Part shown: positions 37,968 through 46,853 of the stretch, in pieces
Layout of the letters: every line of letters starts with the position of its first letter
How positions within the stretch are numbered: position 1 is the stretch's first letter
From: a virus
Taxonomy: Duplodnaviria; Caudoviricetes
Length of the DNA stretch: 60,181 bases
Reading direction: 5' to 3' (one strand)
Virus record (IMG/VR): IMGVR_UViG_3300042559_001222
Span: 1-60,181 of that record
Notes under the pieces: generated by a model
Database searches by the model: none
What the model saw: only the letters and a program-made list of their open reading frames with translations
Told to the model about the DNA's origin: nothing
Translations under genes and position numbers: made by a program

Positions 37968-39428
37968 CTAGTAATACTCAACTGCTCTGGCATCAATCTC
38001 CCGCTCTTCATCATCGTCATCTTCAAGCTGGATAAAGTTGCCCTGACGAAACCGCATCAGCGCCATCACCATAACGTCCACCTGATCGTCATGCGCCCCG
38101 TTCGGGAAGGCCGCGCACTCCTCCACCAAGTCCTGCGCAAACTCCTCATCCTCCGGGTACCAGACCATCCCCGACTCCAGTATCGGCGCAACAGCGTTGG
38201 CCCGGCTGATCTTGTCCTGCCCCTGCCGCCTACCACCGGGGCTGTACATCGTCACCGGGATATTCATCTTCCTCAACTCCTGCTGGAGCGAGGTCCCCGT
38301 TGCTTTGGCCTCGATCAACACATTGTCTGGCTTCCAGTACACGTACTCCCGCTTGGCAATACGTTTTAATTCAGGAAAGTCCCACCGACCCTTGGTCACC
38401 GACAACAAGATCAACGCCGGGCCCGAGTCCGCACTGGGGTAGAACACGCCCCACGTTGCAATGACCGAGAAGTCAGCCGTCTCCTTCTTGCTATATGCCG
38501 TGTCCAAGGTCTGCAAGATGTAGTCACACTCCGGTGGCTCATCATATTTCCACTTGCGCCACCACTCGCGCTTCAGGATAGCCCCCTCATCATTGGTGGG
38601 CTGCTGCTGCCACTGCGCATTCCACTTCTTGATGCCAATCGACATCTTGACCTTTTCCAACTCCTCCAGCTGCCAATACTCCGGCCACAAAGGATTGCCA
38701 CTGGGCAGGATGGCAGGGAACTCCAATATCTCCCACTGGTCCGACTTCAACTGACCCTGCTGACGCAACAGCCGTCCAGACAGGTCATCCGTCTTCCATC
38801 TTGTGTTAATGATAATGATCGCTCCGTTTGGCTGCAATCGCTGACGGGGGCCAGACGTGTACCACTCCCACGTGTTCTCCATGGCAGTCTCAGATACCGC
38901 GTCCTGCTCGTCCAAGATGTCGTCCAGCACAATAATGTCGCCACCACGACCGGTCATCGCACCGCCCTTACCGATAAAAAAGGCCTCACCGCCTTGGCGC
39001 GTGTTCCACCGGCCAGCAGCCTTGCTGTCCACAGAAAGCTTGGTGTCAGGGAATAACTCGCCGTACTTCTCATCCTCCACCAAGTTCCTGATCATCCGGC
39101 CAAACCGCTGGGCTAACTCAGCCGTGTGGGAGCCAACAATAAGCTTACTCTGCGGTAACTTGCCCATCAGGTAGGCAGGGAACAGATAACTGCCCATTTG
39201 GCTTTTGCCGTGGCGCGGGGGCATCGCGATCATCAACCGCTTGCACTTGCCAGAGACAACACGGTCCAATGCAGCCGCGATCCGCCGATGGTGCTCCCCG
39301 ACAATCATTTCGGGCCACACGTACAGGCAGAAGTCCAGAAAGGTTGTTGTTGCGCGGTCCCGGGCCTCCAAGAGTTGGAGGCGGAGTTCGAGCTTGAGCC
39401 GCTCTGCGTCAATGTCTTCAGGTTTCAT
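37968..39428 (-). CDS. terL: Terminase large subunit
   Basis: MPPRHGKS Walker A, IVLDD, TRWKTDDLSG, LDTAYS, FPNGAHDDQVD. Confidence 0.95.
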   Translation of the reverse strand: MKPEDIDAERLKLELRLQLLEARDRATTTFLDFCLYVWPEMIVGEHHRRIAAALDRVVSGKCKRLMIAMPPRHGKSQMGSYLFPAYLMGKLPQSKLIVGSHTAELAQRFGRMIRNLVEDEKYGELFPDTKLSVDSKAAGRWNTRQGGEAFFIGKGGAMTGRGGDIIVLDDILDEQDAVSETAMENTWEWYTSGPRQRLQPNGAIIIINTRWKTDDLSGRLLRQQGQLKSDQWEILEFPAILPSGNPLWPEYWQLEELEKVKMSIGIKKWNAQWQQQPTNDEGAILKREWWRKWKYDEPPECDYILQTLDTAYSKKETADFSVIATWGVFYPSADSGPALILLSVTKGRWDFPELKRIAKREYVYWKPDNVLIEAKATGTSLQQELRKMNIPVTMYSPGGRRQGQDKISRANAVAPILESGMVWYPEDEEFAQDLVEECAAFPNGAHDDQVDVMVMALMRFRQGNFIQLEDDDDEEREIDARAVEYY

Positions 39429-39436
39429 AGATTACT

Positions 39437-39465
39437 AATATATACCCCCCATGTGCCTTTTACAA
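39437..39465 (-). promoter_or_regulatory. Sigma70-like promoter directly upstream of terL
   Basis: TTGTAA-N17-TATATT ending 8 nt before the ATG. Confidence 0.5.
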
Positions 39466-39648
39466 ATGAAGGGGGTGGTTTTATGGGTAGGGGGTGCCGG
39501 GGGTCAAGTTTATGGGGTGTATTTGTTTGTGTGAAATCGCGCCATTGGGCCGCTCGTGTCAAGGGGGGCCGTTTATGGCCCTCCCCCCCTCGCTGCCTGT
39601 CAAGTTATTTGTCGCTATCAGGGCAGCTGCCCTGATAGCGTGAACCGA

Positions 39649-39960
39649 TTAGCGGGTCAGGGATAGATCATCGGCCCGGGCCCGGGCATCGGTGCCCAGC
39701 TCGAGTGCTGCGTTGTGTGCATCGCGGGCCGCGCGGGCTGTCTCTTCAGTAGTGTACAGGTCCCGGGTGTTCAGTCGCACCGCGGTGTACTCCTGCTCCT
39801 GATACGCAAAGCGGACCTTGTAGTCGGATGAATAGACTTCATCCACCCGGCGGAAGCGCAGCAGCATTGCGCACAATGCATTCACTTCCTTGTCAGTGAA
39901 TCCCGCTGGGATAACATACTCGAGCCCGCCGATAAACAGGGTGTTGGCTTGTGTCTTCAT
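39649..39960 (-). CDS. Hypothetical early protein
   Basis: 103 aa, preceded by the conserved TAGAGAGGATAGAGAAA leader. Confidence 0.75.
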   Translation of the reverse strand: MKTQANTLFIGGLEYVIPAGFTDKEVNALCAMLLRFRRVDEVYSSDYKVRFAYQEQEYTAVRLNTRDLYTTEETARAARDAHNAALELGTDARARADDLSLTR

Positions 39961-40019
39961 TTTCTCTATCCTCTCTAAGGGTTGCGTGGCACCACCGGTG
40001 CCACGCGGTAATTATAACA

Positions 40020-40502
40020 TTAATCCACGTCAATGCTAAACGATATTCTGCTGCGGACTATATCGCGGACCGTGTCTTCGAAGTCGTAGTCATTGATGCC
40101 CTGCTCGATCTCTTCCTGAATATCGAACTCGTGCTCGTACCAGTTCGCGATCCGCGCATCGATAATCGCGTCAAGTGATGCACGGTCCAACATTAGCATC
40201 ACGTGCCGGGGCTCGGGCTCCGCGGCACCCGCCGCGGGATTGTCTTCCGGGCTGATCCGCACCTCGTCCGGCGGTGCGGGCAGGAATTCGGGCAGCGTCT
40301 CGATAACGTTGGCGATGGTATTGGCCAGCACATGAACCGCGGTCCACGCCGGGCCGCGGTCCGCGGATTCCGACAGACCATTGATGACACTTTCGACATA
40401 ATCGAAAGCGGCTTGCACGTCCGTGCCGCGGTCCCCGAATACTTTCGAGCGCAGCGATATGATCAGTTCCTCTTTCATGCGGGCGGCTGATGGTGTATTC
40501 AT
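40020..40502 (-). CDS. Hypothetical acidic early protein (160 aa)
   Basis: Start reassigned to MNTPSAARM directly after the conserved leader. Confidence 0.75.
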   Translation of the reverse strand: MNTPSAARMKEELIISLRSKVFGDRGTDVQAAFDYVESVINGLSESADRGPAWTAVHVLANTIANVIETLPEFLPAPPDEVRISPEDNPAAGAAEPEPRHVMLMLDRASLDAIIDARIANWYEHEFDIQEEIEQGINDYDFEDTVRDIVRSRISFSIDVD

Positions 40503-40548
40503 TTTCTCTATCCTCTCTAATCGGGCCCGCCACCGGGCCACTGATGAA

Positions 40549-40577
40549 ATATTACTCTTATCCTTCCCGCGCGTCAA
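40549..40577 (-). promoter_or_regulatory. Sigma70-like early promoter
   Basis: TTGACG-N17-TAATAT. Confidence 0.75.
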
Positions 40578-40590
40578 TAGCCTGGACACG

Positions 40591-40621
40591 AAAACCCCGG
40601 GCCGGGTAGCCCGGCCCGGGG
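40591..40621 (-). terminator. GC-rich hairpin terminator
   Basis: 12-bp perfect stem ccccgggccggg/cccggcccgggg followed by TTTT on minus strand. Confidence 0.65.
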
Positions 40622-40723
40622 CCCGCGCCACGCGGGCCGAGCACCACGCGGCAGGTTTTGCGGGCCGAGCGGCAGGGGCCGCGGGGCAGGTTTACTGGCG
40701 CGATCCTAACCAGCACTTGTGAC

Positions 40724-40757
40724 AAAAAAGCGGGCAATCCCCGAGGGAAGAGCCCGC
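40724..40757 (-). terminator. Terminator after DUF932 gene
   Basis: gcgggc...gcccgc stem followed by T6 on minus strand. Confidence 0.6.
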
Positions 40758-40779
40758 ATTGATGACTTTAGTTAACAGA

Positions 40780-41766
40780 TCAGGCGGTTAGCAGTTCCAA
40801 AGCGCGATTTTTGAGAGCCGAACCAGTACCGAACCACGCGGACTCGAGGCGGGTATTGTCGGAGCGGCCACGCTCATGATCCACCAATTGCGTCACTGCA
40901 TTGAGCATCGCCCAACGGGTACCGGCAACGCCCGGGATGTCGGAGCCGATAGCCTTACGGTTTTCGAACAGGTCCATCACTCGCTTGTATGCCCGGGTTT
41001 CGCTCAAATCGATTTTGCTCGTGTGATAGGGCTTGAGTAATTCGCGCACGAATAGGTCCGAATCGGTAGCGGTCATCGGGATATGCGACAGCTGGCGGGA
41101 CTGCACCATAAAACGCTCGAATTGATTCGCAACGATGCCCAGTTGTAAGCGGACCGCGTCAGCATCGAATCGCTCAGAGTGCAAAACCCGAACGCTCGAT
41201 TTCAGATAACCCTTATCGGTTTCATCCGCAGTGCTGTTCACGGCCGGGGTTATCGTGTTATTACAAACCACGCGAATCGCAGTGAATTTTGCAATAGTGG
41301 CCATCGTTCCATCGTAGGACGTGCCGAGCAGTAAATAGGGTTTCACTAGGTCACCATCGACAACCGGGGCACCATCGCCAACACGGGCCAGAGCCCAAAC
41401 CCGGCGGCCATGCGACAACGCGCCCGCGGTTTCCATTTCAAAGCCGCCAACGTCCGAAAGCTTGCGGAAAAAATCCATTATTTCGCCCGGCTGAACAACG
41501 CGGTAATCCTTGCTCACTACTGCCAGCGGCGCACCAGTATCGCTGCGCGTCAGCACTTTGCGATCCGGCCATGCCTGAAAACCCGTGACGGCCGGGGTTG
41601 TGTAATGAACGTCCGAAGCTTCCACCGAATAACCTAGTCCGGCTTCCTGAGTCCACGTGTCAATATCAGCACCAGCGGACAACGCTTGTCCGAGTCCGTG
41701 CCATGGTGTGCGGCCAGCGTAAGCAATCGCGGCGCGGCCTGTAGTTTCATCGATCATGTGAGCCAT
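40780..41766 (-). CDS. DUF932 family phage/plasmid protein
   Basis: TPWHGLGQ, METAGAL..GRRVWALA, SYDG..AT.A.FT.IRVVCNNT, GT.WA.LNAVT..VDH. Confidence 0.85.
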   Translation of the reverse strand: MAHMIDETTGRAAIAYAGRTPWHGLGQALSAGADIDTWTQEAGLGYSVEASDVHYTTPAVTGFQAWPDRKVLTRSDTGAPLAVVSKDYRVVQPGEIMDFFRKLSDVGGFEMETAGALSHGRRVWALARVGDGAPVVDGDLVKPYLLLGTSYDGTMATIAKFTAIRVVCNNTITPAVNSTADETDKGYLKSSVRVLHSERFDADAVRLQLGIVANQFERFMVQSRQLSHIPMTATDSDLFVRELLKPYHTSKIDLSETRAYKRVMDLFENRKAIGSDIPGVAGTRWAMLNAVTQLVDHERGRSDNTRLESAWFGTGSALKNRALELLTA

Positions 41767-41819
41767 TTTCTCTATCCTCTCTATTTGGGTTGAATCGTTC
41801 GCAACCGAACGATGGACTA

Positions 41820-41848
41820 ATATTATCTATTCCCGTCCGGCACGTCAA
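41820..41848 (-). promoter_or_regulatory. Sigma70-like early promoter
   Basis: TTGACG-N17-TAATAT, same hexamers as 40549-40577. Confidence 0.75.
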
Positions 41849-41857
41849 GCTTTTATT

Positions 41858-41926
41858 TCACCCGTTATCGAAAAATTCCACCAGCCACCACAGAACAAAA
41901 ATAATTAATACCGCGAATATAAACAT
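41858..41926 (-). CDS. 22-aa single-TM micropeptide
   Basis: MFIFAVLIIFVLWWLVEFFDNG; TGATG overlap with upstream stop, GAGG RBS. Confidence 0.5.
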   Translation of the reverse strand: MFIFAVLIIFVLWWLVEFFDNG

Positions 41927-42615
41927 CAGGACACCTCACGGCCGACATCACCCGCCACATGATGCCGCAGGAAAGAGCCCGGCGGCAGCGACCGCGCGAA
42001 AACCCGCAACGCTTCCGCATCATTCGCCGCGCCCGTTTTCTTCGTGCCGTGCCACTGTATCGCCGTGGGGCCGGATGCCGCATAACAGCCACCGTCACCA
42101 GTGCCGACACGCTTTTTACCCGTACCGTGCGCAACGAAGACAATCACATAATCCCGGTCACCGCGGGCACAAAGTGGGTCACCATTACCGCATTGCTGGC
42201 AGGTGAAAGTGTCCGACAATTCAGCAGGGCAGCGCACGAATTGAACACCCGCGATTCTCTGTGGCCATTGTGTATCGACCGGGGCGGCATACACCGCAGG
42301 GCGACCCAGCGAGTGAGCAACGAGGGCTTCCGAAGCGGTATCACACGATGCATTGATAACGGTTTTGCCGGGAGCCGGAACAGGCAACGCATCAGCAGCA
42401 AAATGCGAATAAGTCCACGCCTTACCGCCACGCGGTACCGCGTCAACGATAGCGGCCAAATATTCCTGATCTATTTGTGTCGTTCCGGTTTCGCTTTTCG
42501 GATGTAAGCCACAGGTTTTCGGGCACGTGCCGTAAGTTTCATGTTCGCCCGAACGATAAGTTACTGCTATCGGGCCGGTTTTTTTATTTGCCGATACGGC
42601 GACTGTTTTTAACAT
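41926..42615 (-). CDS. Cys-rich gp88-like phage protein
   Basis: N.KTGPIAVT, CP..C, CP.....TC..C, RHHVAGD; start reassigned to MLKTV after the conserved leader. Confidence 0.6.
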   Translation of the reverse strand: MLKTVAVSANKKTGPIAVTYRSGEHETYGTCPKTCGLHPKSETGTTQIDQEYLAAIVDAVPRGGKAWTYSHFAADALPVPAPGKTVINASCDTASEALVAHSLGRPAVYAAPVDTQWPQRIAGVQFVRCPAELSDTFTCQQCGNGDPLCARGDRDYVIVFVAHGTGKKRVGTGDGGCYAASGPTAIQWHGTKKTGAANDAEALRVFARSLPPGSFLRHHVAGDVGREVS

Positions 42616-42698
42616 AATCTCTATCCTCTCTATTTGCCGGGCCTCCCCAGCACAGCTATATACTAGCATTACCGCGCAGGAATTCTAGTAGATTTTTT

Positions 42699-43121
42699 CT
42701 ATGGTCTAACCGCCCCCGATAGATAGTCTCTTATTGCTTCCCAGTTAACACCATTTGACGGCCACCGAGCCACCGGGTCTACGCGCAAGCCGTTTTCTAT
42801 CAAGTCCAGCGTTTGGCCACCATGATAGAGATTCACTATCCCGATTCGCTTACCGATAGGCAAATGCTTTACCAGCAAATAAGCCGGGCAACCGTAGGAC
42901 CAATGGCGAAACAGAAACGAAGCTTGATGCGGACGCAAGCCGATTTTCAACCCGCGGGAAACAACCTTGTTTTCCAAAAAACCAACAGCGCCAGTTTCTT
43001 TATTGGCAATGACCATATCAGGGAAACCCAAATTGGCAACTGATTCAACGCGAGAGATATCGACACCGGGCAAATGCTCCCGGATGTAATCCGAGAAAAC
43101 CGCCTCAGGTTTCCGGGCCAT
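42699..43121 (-). CDS. PD-(D/E)XK nuclease, VRR-NUC / Holliday-junction resolvase-like
   Basis: PE.....I, GFPD, FLENK, LRPHQ; start reassigned to MARKPE. Confidence 0.75.
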   Translation of the reverse strand: MARKPEAVFSDYIREHLPGVDISRVESVANLGFPDMVIANKETGAVGFLENKVVSRGLKIGLRPHQASFLFRHWSYGCPAYLLVKHLPIGKRIGIVNLYHGGQTLDLIENGLRVDPVARWPSNGVNWEAIRDYLSGAVRP

Positions 43122-43770
43122 CGTCAGGGTCCATTTCGAAAACATCCGGGGCAGGTTCCGGAACAGGCGACTCAAAAGCGGGCTCCTGCTCTTTATCGAC
43201 CGCTTCCCGAACGTCCGAGGGCTTTAGATCAATAATCGCAGTCGGCGGGGGCCCACCGTAAAGCTTCTTGAGCTCGTCAAGCTTGCGCTGAACTTCCTCT
43301 TTCGACATCGAATCAATAGTGCCGTGCCGGATTTCTTTGCGCTCGACGTAAATAGTCCCCAAAGCCTGACCGCGGCGATATTCCGCCTGAACAGCAGCAG
43401 CATAAGCACCCGCCTCCAGCGCCTTATCCCGAATCATCTGGAGGTCTTTCATGTGCCGCTCATAGGACGTATTGTATTTCGAGGCCAATTCGGCCCTGTA
43501 CGCCTGTATCGCAGCCACAATGTGCGGATTGATATCCGGGTTAGTCAGCTTCCACGCCATCACTGACGCACTGGTGGGCCTATACCCAGCGCGAATAGCC
43601 GCTTCCTTCAGCGTTACCCTGCCGTCCCCAGACACGTACTCCTGAACGAACTTCCATTCCTTGGGCTTCAGGGTCTTCTGCTTCGACAGCGGAGCCACCT
43701 TAGTAGCCATCCGGTTAGCAGACTTTTGCTGGACTACTGGCGGGGTCTGCCAGACATCCCGTTTAGTCAT
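43105..43770 (-). CDS. terS: Terminase small subunit
   Basis: FVQEYV...EAAIRAGY HTH; AAVQAE..RG.A.G.YVER. Confidence 0.8.
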   Translation of the reverse strand: MTKRDVWQTPPVVQQKSANRMATKVAPLSKQKTLKPKEWKFVQEYVSGDGRVTLKEAAIRAGYRPTSASVMAWKLTNPDINPHIVAAIQAYRAELASKYNTSYERHMKDLQMIRDKALEAGAYAAAVQAEYRRGQALGTIYVERKEIRHGTIDSMSKEEVQRKLDELKKLYGGPPPTAIIDLKPSDVREAVDKEQEPAFESPVPEPAPDVFEMDPDDGPET

Positions 43771-43985
43771 TACTTAGTCCTCCAGAGCCGCCAGCCTTCT
43801 TCAACACGCCTCAGGGTAAACCCCCATGCCGGGGAATGCGCTTGAGCGTATCTGACGGCCGCTACGCGGGCCGAGGCGGCTTTCTTTTCGTCCCGGAACA
43901 GGATGCTATCCCCCGGTTCCATTTCAGAGAACGGATAGCGCGTCCGGGACGCTGGCAGGTCAATATCTCGATCTATTGCGTACAT
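43770..43985 (-). CDS. Small putative DNA-binding protein
   Basis: RYPF..ME.GDS...G.R.WR pattern. Confidence 0.7.
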   Translation of the reverse strand: MYAIDRDIDLPASRTRYPFSEMEPGDSILFRDEKKAASARVAAVRYAQAHSPAWGFTLRRVEEGWRLWRTK

Positions 43986-44014
43986 TTTAAAACCCCTGTA
44001 ACTAGTATGCCCGG

Positions 44015-44043
44015 AGTGTATCCGCCCCTAACCAATGTGTCAA
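44015..44043 (-). promoter_or_regulatory. Sigma70-like promoter for the terS operon
   Basis: TTGACA-N17-TACACT. Confidence 0.7.
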
Positions 44044-44069
44044 GAAAACAACCCCCGAGAACAAAGTGG

Positions 44070-44296
44070 CCCTATAGACTTTTTTTGGGGTCATGAAAAT
44101 TTTTGGATCAAAAAAAACCATCTCACGGAACCCCCCTGAAAATTTGATTTTCTTACGTTTCTAAAATATAAACGTGATGTTGCCGACTAGCTGAAAACCC
44201 GCATGTATCCTCACTTATTACGGCATTACGTCTATTACGGCAAATCTCACAAAAAAAAATAAAAAAACATACATGACCCCAAAAAGTTCTATAGGG
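44070..44296. repeat. AT-rich non-coding region bounded by a ~25-bp imperfect inverted repeat (origin candidate)
   Basis: ccctatagactttttttggggtcatg (44070-44095) vs catgaccccaaaaagttctataggg (44272-44296); ATTACG x3 inside. Confidence 0.6.
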
Positions 44297-44364
44297 AACC
44301 CGCAAAATGCATAAAAAACCGCTTTTCTATAACTTTTTGATCTAAAAACAGCCTTTACTTTCCC

Positions 44365-44393
44365 TTGCATCACTCTTTCTTGTACACTACAAT
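44365..44393 (+). promoter_or_regulatory. Sigma70-like promoter for the small-gene operon
   Basis: TTGCAT-N17-TACAAT. Confidence 0.65.
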
Positions 44394-44479
44394 CACTCCG
44401 TACCACCTGTTCCGTGACGCACGGCACATAATCCTAGTAACAAATCACGCGAATTATACACAAATAGAAAGGATAGAGA

Positions 44480-44746
44480 ATGCTTACCAGACGTTCCAAA
44501 TACATTTACCAGATACCTACCGAAATTGATGAGCAATTGTGTGTACTCGGGGTTATCCACTTTGAATACGCTCGTCCCAACTTTTCGGTACGGGACAGTG
44601 ACATAGATTACTACGGCTTCACTGATGTGACGTTTGACGTACTCAATTCTAACGGTGAATATTGGCCGGAGATGGATGAGCGGGTACATTGTGACCGTGG
44701 TCTGCGGGCCGCGTTGGACCATGAAATTACAGAGAGGCTGGTATGA
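44480..44746 (+). CDS. Hypothetical protein
   Basis: 88 aa, preceded by leader variant TAGAAAGGATAGAGA. Confidence 0.75.
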   Translation: MLTRRSKYIYQIPTEIDEQLCVLGVIHFEYARPNFSVRDSDIDYYGFTDVTFDVLNSNGEYWPEMDERVHCDRGLRAALDHEITERLV

Positions 44747-44943
44747 GCGTTCGGGGGGTTGAGGTGACTATTGAGGGGTTGGCCGTGGGCCGTTGTGAGT
44801 ATTGCGGGTATATCTGTGAGTGGGACGAGATACCTACGGCGGGCGATCCGAGTTGTTCTGACGGTACGGTGCAGTGCTGTCCGGAGTGCAATGAGGGAGA
44901 GAGTTTTGACAAGTATTTCTTGGCGAAGAAGGCTGCGCCATGA
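44743..44943 (+). CDS. Zn-ribbon-like small protein
   Basis: CEYC...CPEC; ATGA overlaps. Confidence 0.7.
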   Translation: MSVRGVEVTIEGLAVGRCEYCGYICEWDEIPTAGDPSCSDGTVQCCPECNEGESFDKYFLAKKAAP

Positions 44944-45122
44944 AGTGGCCTGAGATTGTAGCCGTTGCATTTTATATAACCATTGCATTGTTCTCGCTGT
45001 ACTACGGGACCAAAGTCATTTTGAACGAGCCGCAGGTGATGTGTGGCGTGGCTGAGATCAGCCCAGACTTTAGCGCAGCGGATAGGGCACGGTGTAGACA
45101 GATGAGGGGGCATAAGTTATGA
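44940..45122 (+). CDS. Single-TM protein with C..AE.SPD...CR motif
   Basis: Paralog of 49134-49316. Confidence 0.7.
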   Translation: MKWPEIVAVAFYITIALFSLYYGTKVILNEPQVMCGVAEISPDFSAADRARCRQMRGHKL

Positions 45123-45337
45123 GTTTTTGCAGACTAAGTACTGATTCAGACATCTATTGTTATTACCACGTTGGCGGTTATTACGAAGTTTGGTCAGGGG
45201 CGGGAGAGCATCAGTTCAAAACCGCGCAGGAGACGATAGATTTTTTACGCGAACGGGAAAAAGAGGGAGATAAAGTACCCGACTACGCCTTTGAACAATT
45301 GGAGGAAGAGGCAAAAACAGAAAGGGGGCAGGGATGA
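45119..45337 (+). CDS. Hypothetical protein
   Basis: MS.CR.S.DSD.YCY...G.KVPDYA; ATGA overlaps. Confidence 0.7.
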   Translation: MSFCRLSTDSDIYCYYHVGGYYEVWSGAGEHQFKTAQETIDFLREREKEGDKVPDYAFEQLEEEAKTERGQG

Positions 45338-45585
45338 GCAGGGAAGACGTTATCTGCATGGCGCGAGAGGCTGGGTTGTCGAACGACTTTGGAACCTTGG
45401 GCTACCCATACCTTCCTGAACTCATACGCTTTGCCGCCTTAGTCGCAGCAGCCGAGCGCGAGGCGTGTGCGAAGTTAGGGGCGGAGTTGTCGTATGTGAA
45501 TCCAAAGAAGGAAGTGAGGACGATGCTCTACAACAAGGCTATTGCGGACTTTGAGGCAGCTATCCGCGCAAGGGGGCAGGGATGA
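45334..45585 (+). CDS. Hypothetical protein, AAAEREACA family
   Basis: MAREAG...RFAALVAAAEREACA...AAIRARG. Confidence 0.75.
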   Translation: MSREDVICMAREAGLSNDFGTLGYPYLPELIRFAALVAAAEREACAKLGAELSYVNPKKEVRTMLYNKAIADFEAAIRARGQG

Positions 45586-45770
45586 CTGACCGAGAACTGA
45601 TGCAGATGGCGCGAGAGGCGGGGATTGTTGTGACCGGAGAAGCCGTCTGGAGATTGTGCGAACTTGTCGCAGCAGCGGAGCGCGAGGCGGCTATTGAAGA
45701 TGCGCGAACCGTTGGCGGTGAAGCTGGTGCGGAGATGGAGAAGCTAATCCGCGCAAGGAGAGAACAATGA
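45582..45770 (+). CDS. Hypothetical protein, paralog of 45334-45585
   Basis: MAREAG...LVAAAEREA...IRAR. Confidence 0.75.
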   Translation: MTDRELMQMAREAGIVVTGEAVWRLCELVAAAEREAAIEDARTVGGEAGAEMEKLIRARREQ

Positions 45771-45937
45771 AAGTAATTGAAGGAAAGCTTAATGATCTGG
45801 GCGATTCTTTAGCCAAGCTTCAAGAAGACATTAGTAATTTAATAGATGCTACAGATGGCAGGTTGACTGTTGGTGAAATAGTGGGGGTGCTTGAGTTCAT
45901 CAAGTTCAACCTAATTTACATCGCGGAGAAAAAATGA
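45767..45937 (+). CDS. Hypothetical protein (56 aa)
   Basis: Manual translation MKVIEGKLNDL...VGVLEFIKFNL; ATGA overlaps at both ends. Confidence 0.7.
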   Translation: MKVIEGKLNDLGDSLAKLQEDISNLIDATDGRLTVGEIVGVLEFIKFNLIYIAEKK

Positions 45938-46185
45938 CTGACAAACAATCAGAAGCATTGAGGCTGGCTGATGCGCTGCTTGAAACTGTGCCAAAGATAA
46001 ACGACTGGAATGAAGCCGCTGCCGAACTACGCCGACTGCATTCGGTAAATGTTGAACTTAGGTTGAGTCTACGCAGGATTCTTGACGAGCCTAATAATAC
46101 GATGAGTGATGGCAAGGCATTAAAAGAAATAATACGAATCGCTCGTATGACGATCAATAAAACCGTCGGAGAGAACAATGACTGA
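45934..46185 (+). CDS. Hypothetical protein
   Basis: QSEALRLADAL...AAAELRRLH motif. Confidence 0.75.
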   Translation: MTDKQSEALRLADALLETVPKINDWNEAAAELRRLHSVNVELRLSLRRILDEPNNTMSDGKALKEIIRIARMTINKTVGENND

Positions 46186-46642
46186 CAAAGAGCTATTGCA
46201 GCAGTGGCTTCAGCCGGGGGCATGGGTTCCAGTAACACCAGACGCAACGCGCATCCTACTTGATGCCATCCGCGCCCGACTCTCACAATGCGAACGATGC
46301 GGCGAAGTCAATCCGGCTGAGATACATACCTGCTCACCACCGGAGCAAGAGCCGGTGGCGTGGGCGTGGACGGTAAACAGCGGTGCAGGATACATAACCA
46401 AAGGTGTAGGGTTTGATAAGGCAGATATCCCATTTGCAAAACACACCCCGCTTTATACCGCCCCACCGCAGCGCGAACAAAGGGCATATATAGCCCGGAA
46501 GTGGCAAGGGCTGACGGATAAAGAACGAGAGGGGATAGCCGTTATTGCAGGATATGACCCATTGCGTATGACTGTTTATGAATATCGGGTTGCCATACAG
46601 ATAGCTACAGAAGCCAAACTAAAGGAGAAGAACAGTGGATGA
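46178..46642 (+). CDS. Mosaic hypothetical protein
   Basis: CERCGEVNPAEIHTC, QEPVAW, PLYTAPP, WQGLTD, EAKLKEKN modules. Confidence 0.75.
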   Translation: MTDKELLQQWLQPGAWVPVTPDATRILLDAIRARLSQCERCGEVNPAEIHTCSPPEQEPVAWAWTVNSGAGYITKGVGFDKADIPFAKHTPLYTAPPQREQRAYIARKWQGLTDKEREGIAVIAGYDPLRMTVYEYRVAIQIATEAKLKEKNSG

Positions 46643-46853
46643 CTACGTGATTGACGGCGATTTGGTTTTTAGTGACCAGCGTTCTGCATTGAAGTTTTAC
46701 CGTGAGCAGTATCACAAGAAGAAAGAATGGCAAGGGCTGACGGATGAGGAAATGATGCAAATCTACGTGGCATTAAAAAGTGTAGCTGGGTTTTACTCGC
46801 TAGAAAAATATGCCCGCGCCATCGAAGCCAAGTTGAAAGAAAAAAATGGATAA
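46635..46853 (+). CDS. Hypothetical protein, WQGLTDEE...IEAKLKEKN family
   Basis: Shares its C-terminal module with the upstream gene. Confidence 0.7.
   Translation: MDDYVIDGDLVFSDQRSALKFYREQYHKKKEWQGLTDEEMMQIYVALKSVAGFYSLEKYARAIEAKLKEKNG

Noticed and set aside
40503-40631. Upstream extensions given by the ORF track for 40020-40631, 41926-42669 and 42699-43175
   Set aside because: They run through the leader, promoter or terminator, or deep into the neighbouring gene; downstream ATGs with RBSs fit better.
44218-44427. Minus-strand 69-aa ORF in the origin-like region
   Set aside because: Low-complexity translation of A/T tracts overlapping the inverted repeat and promoter.
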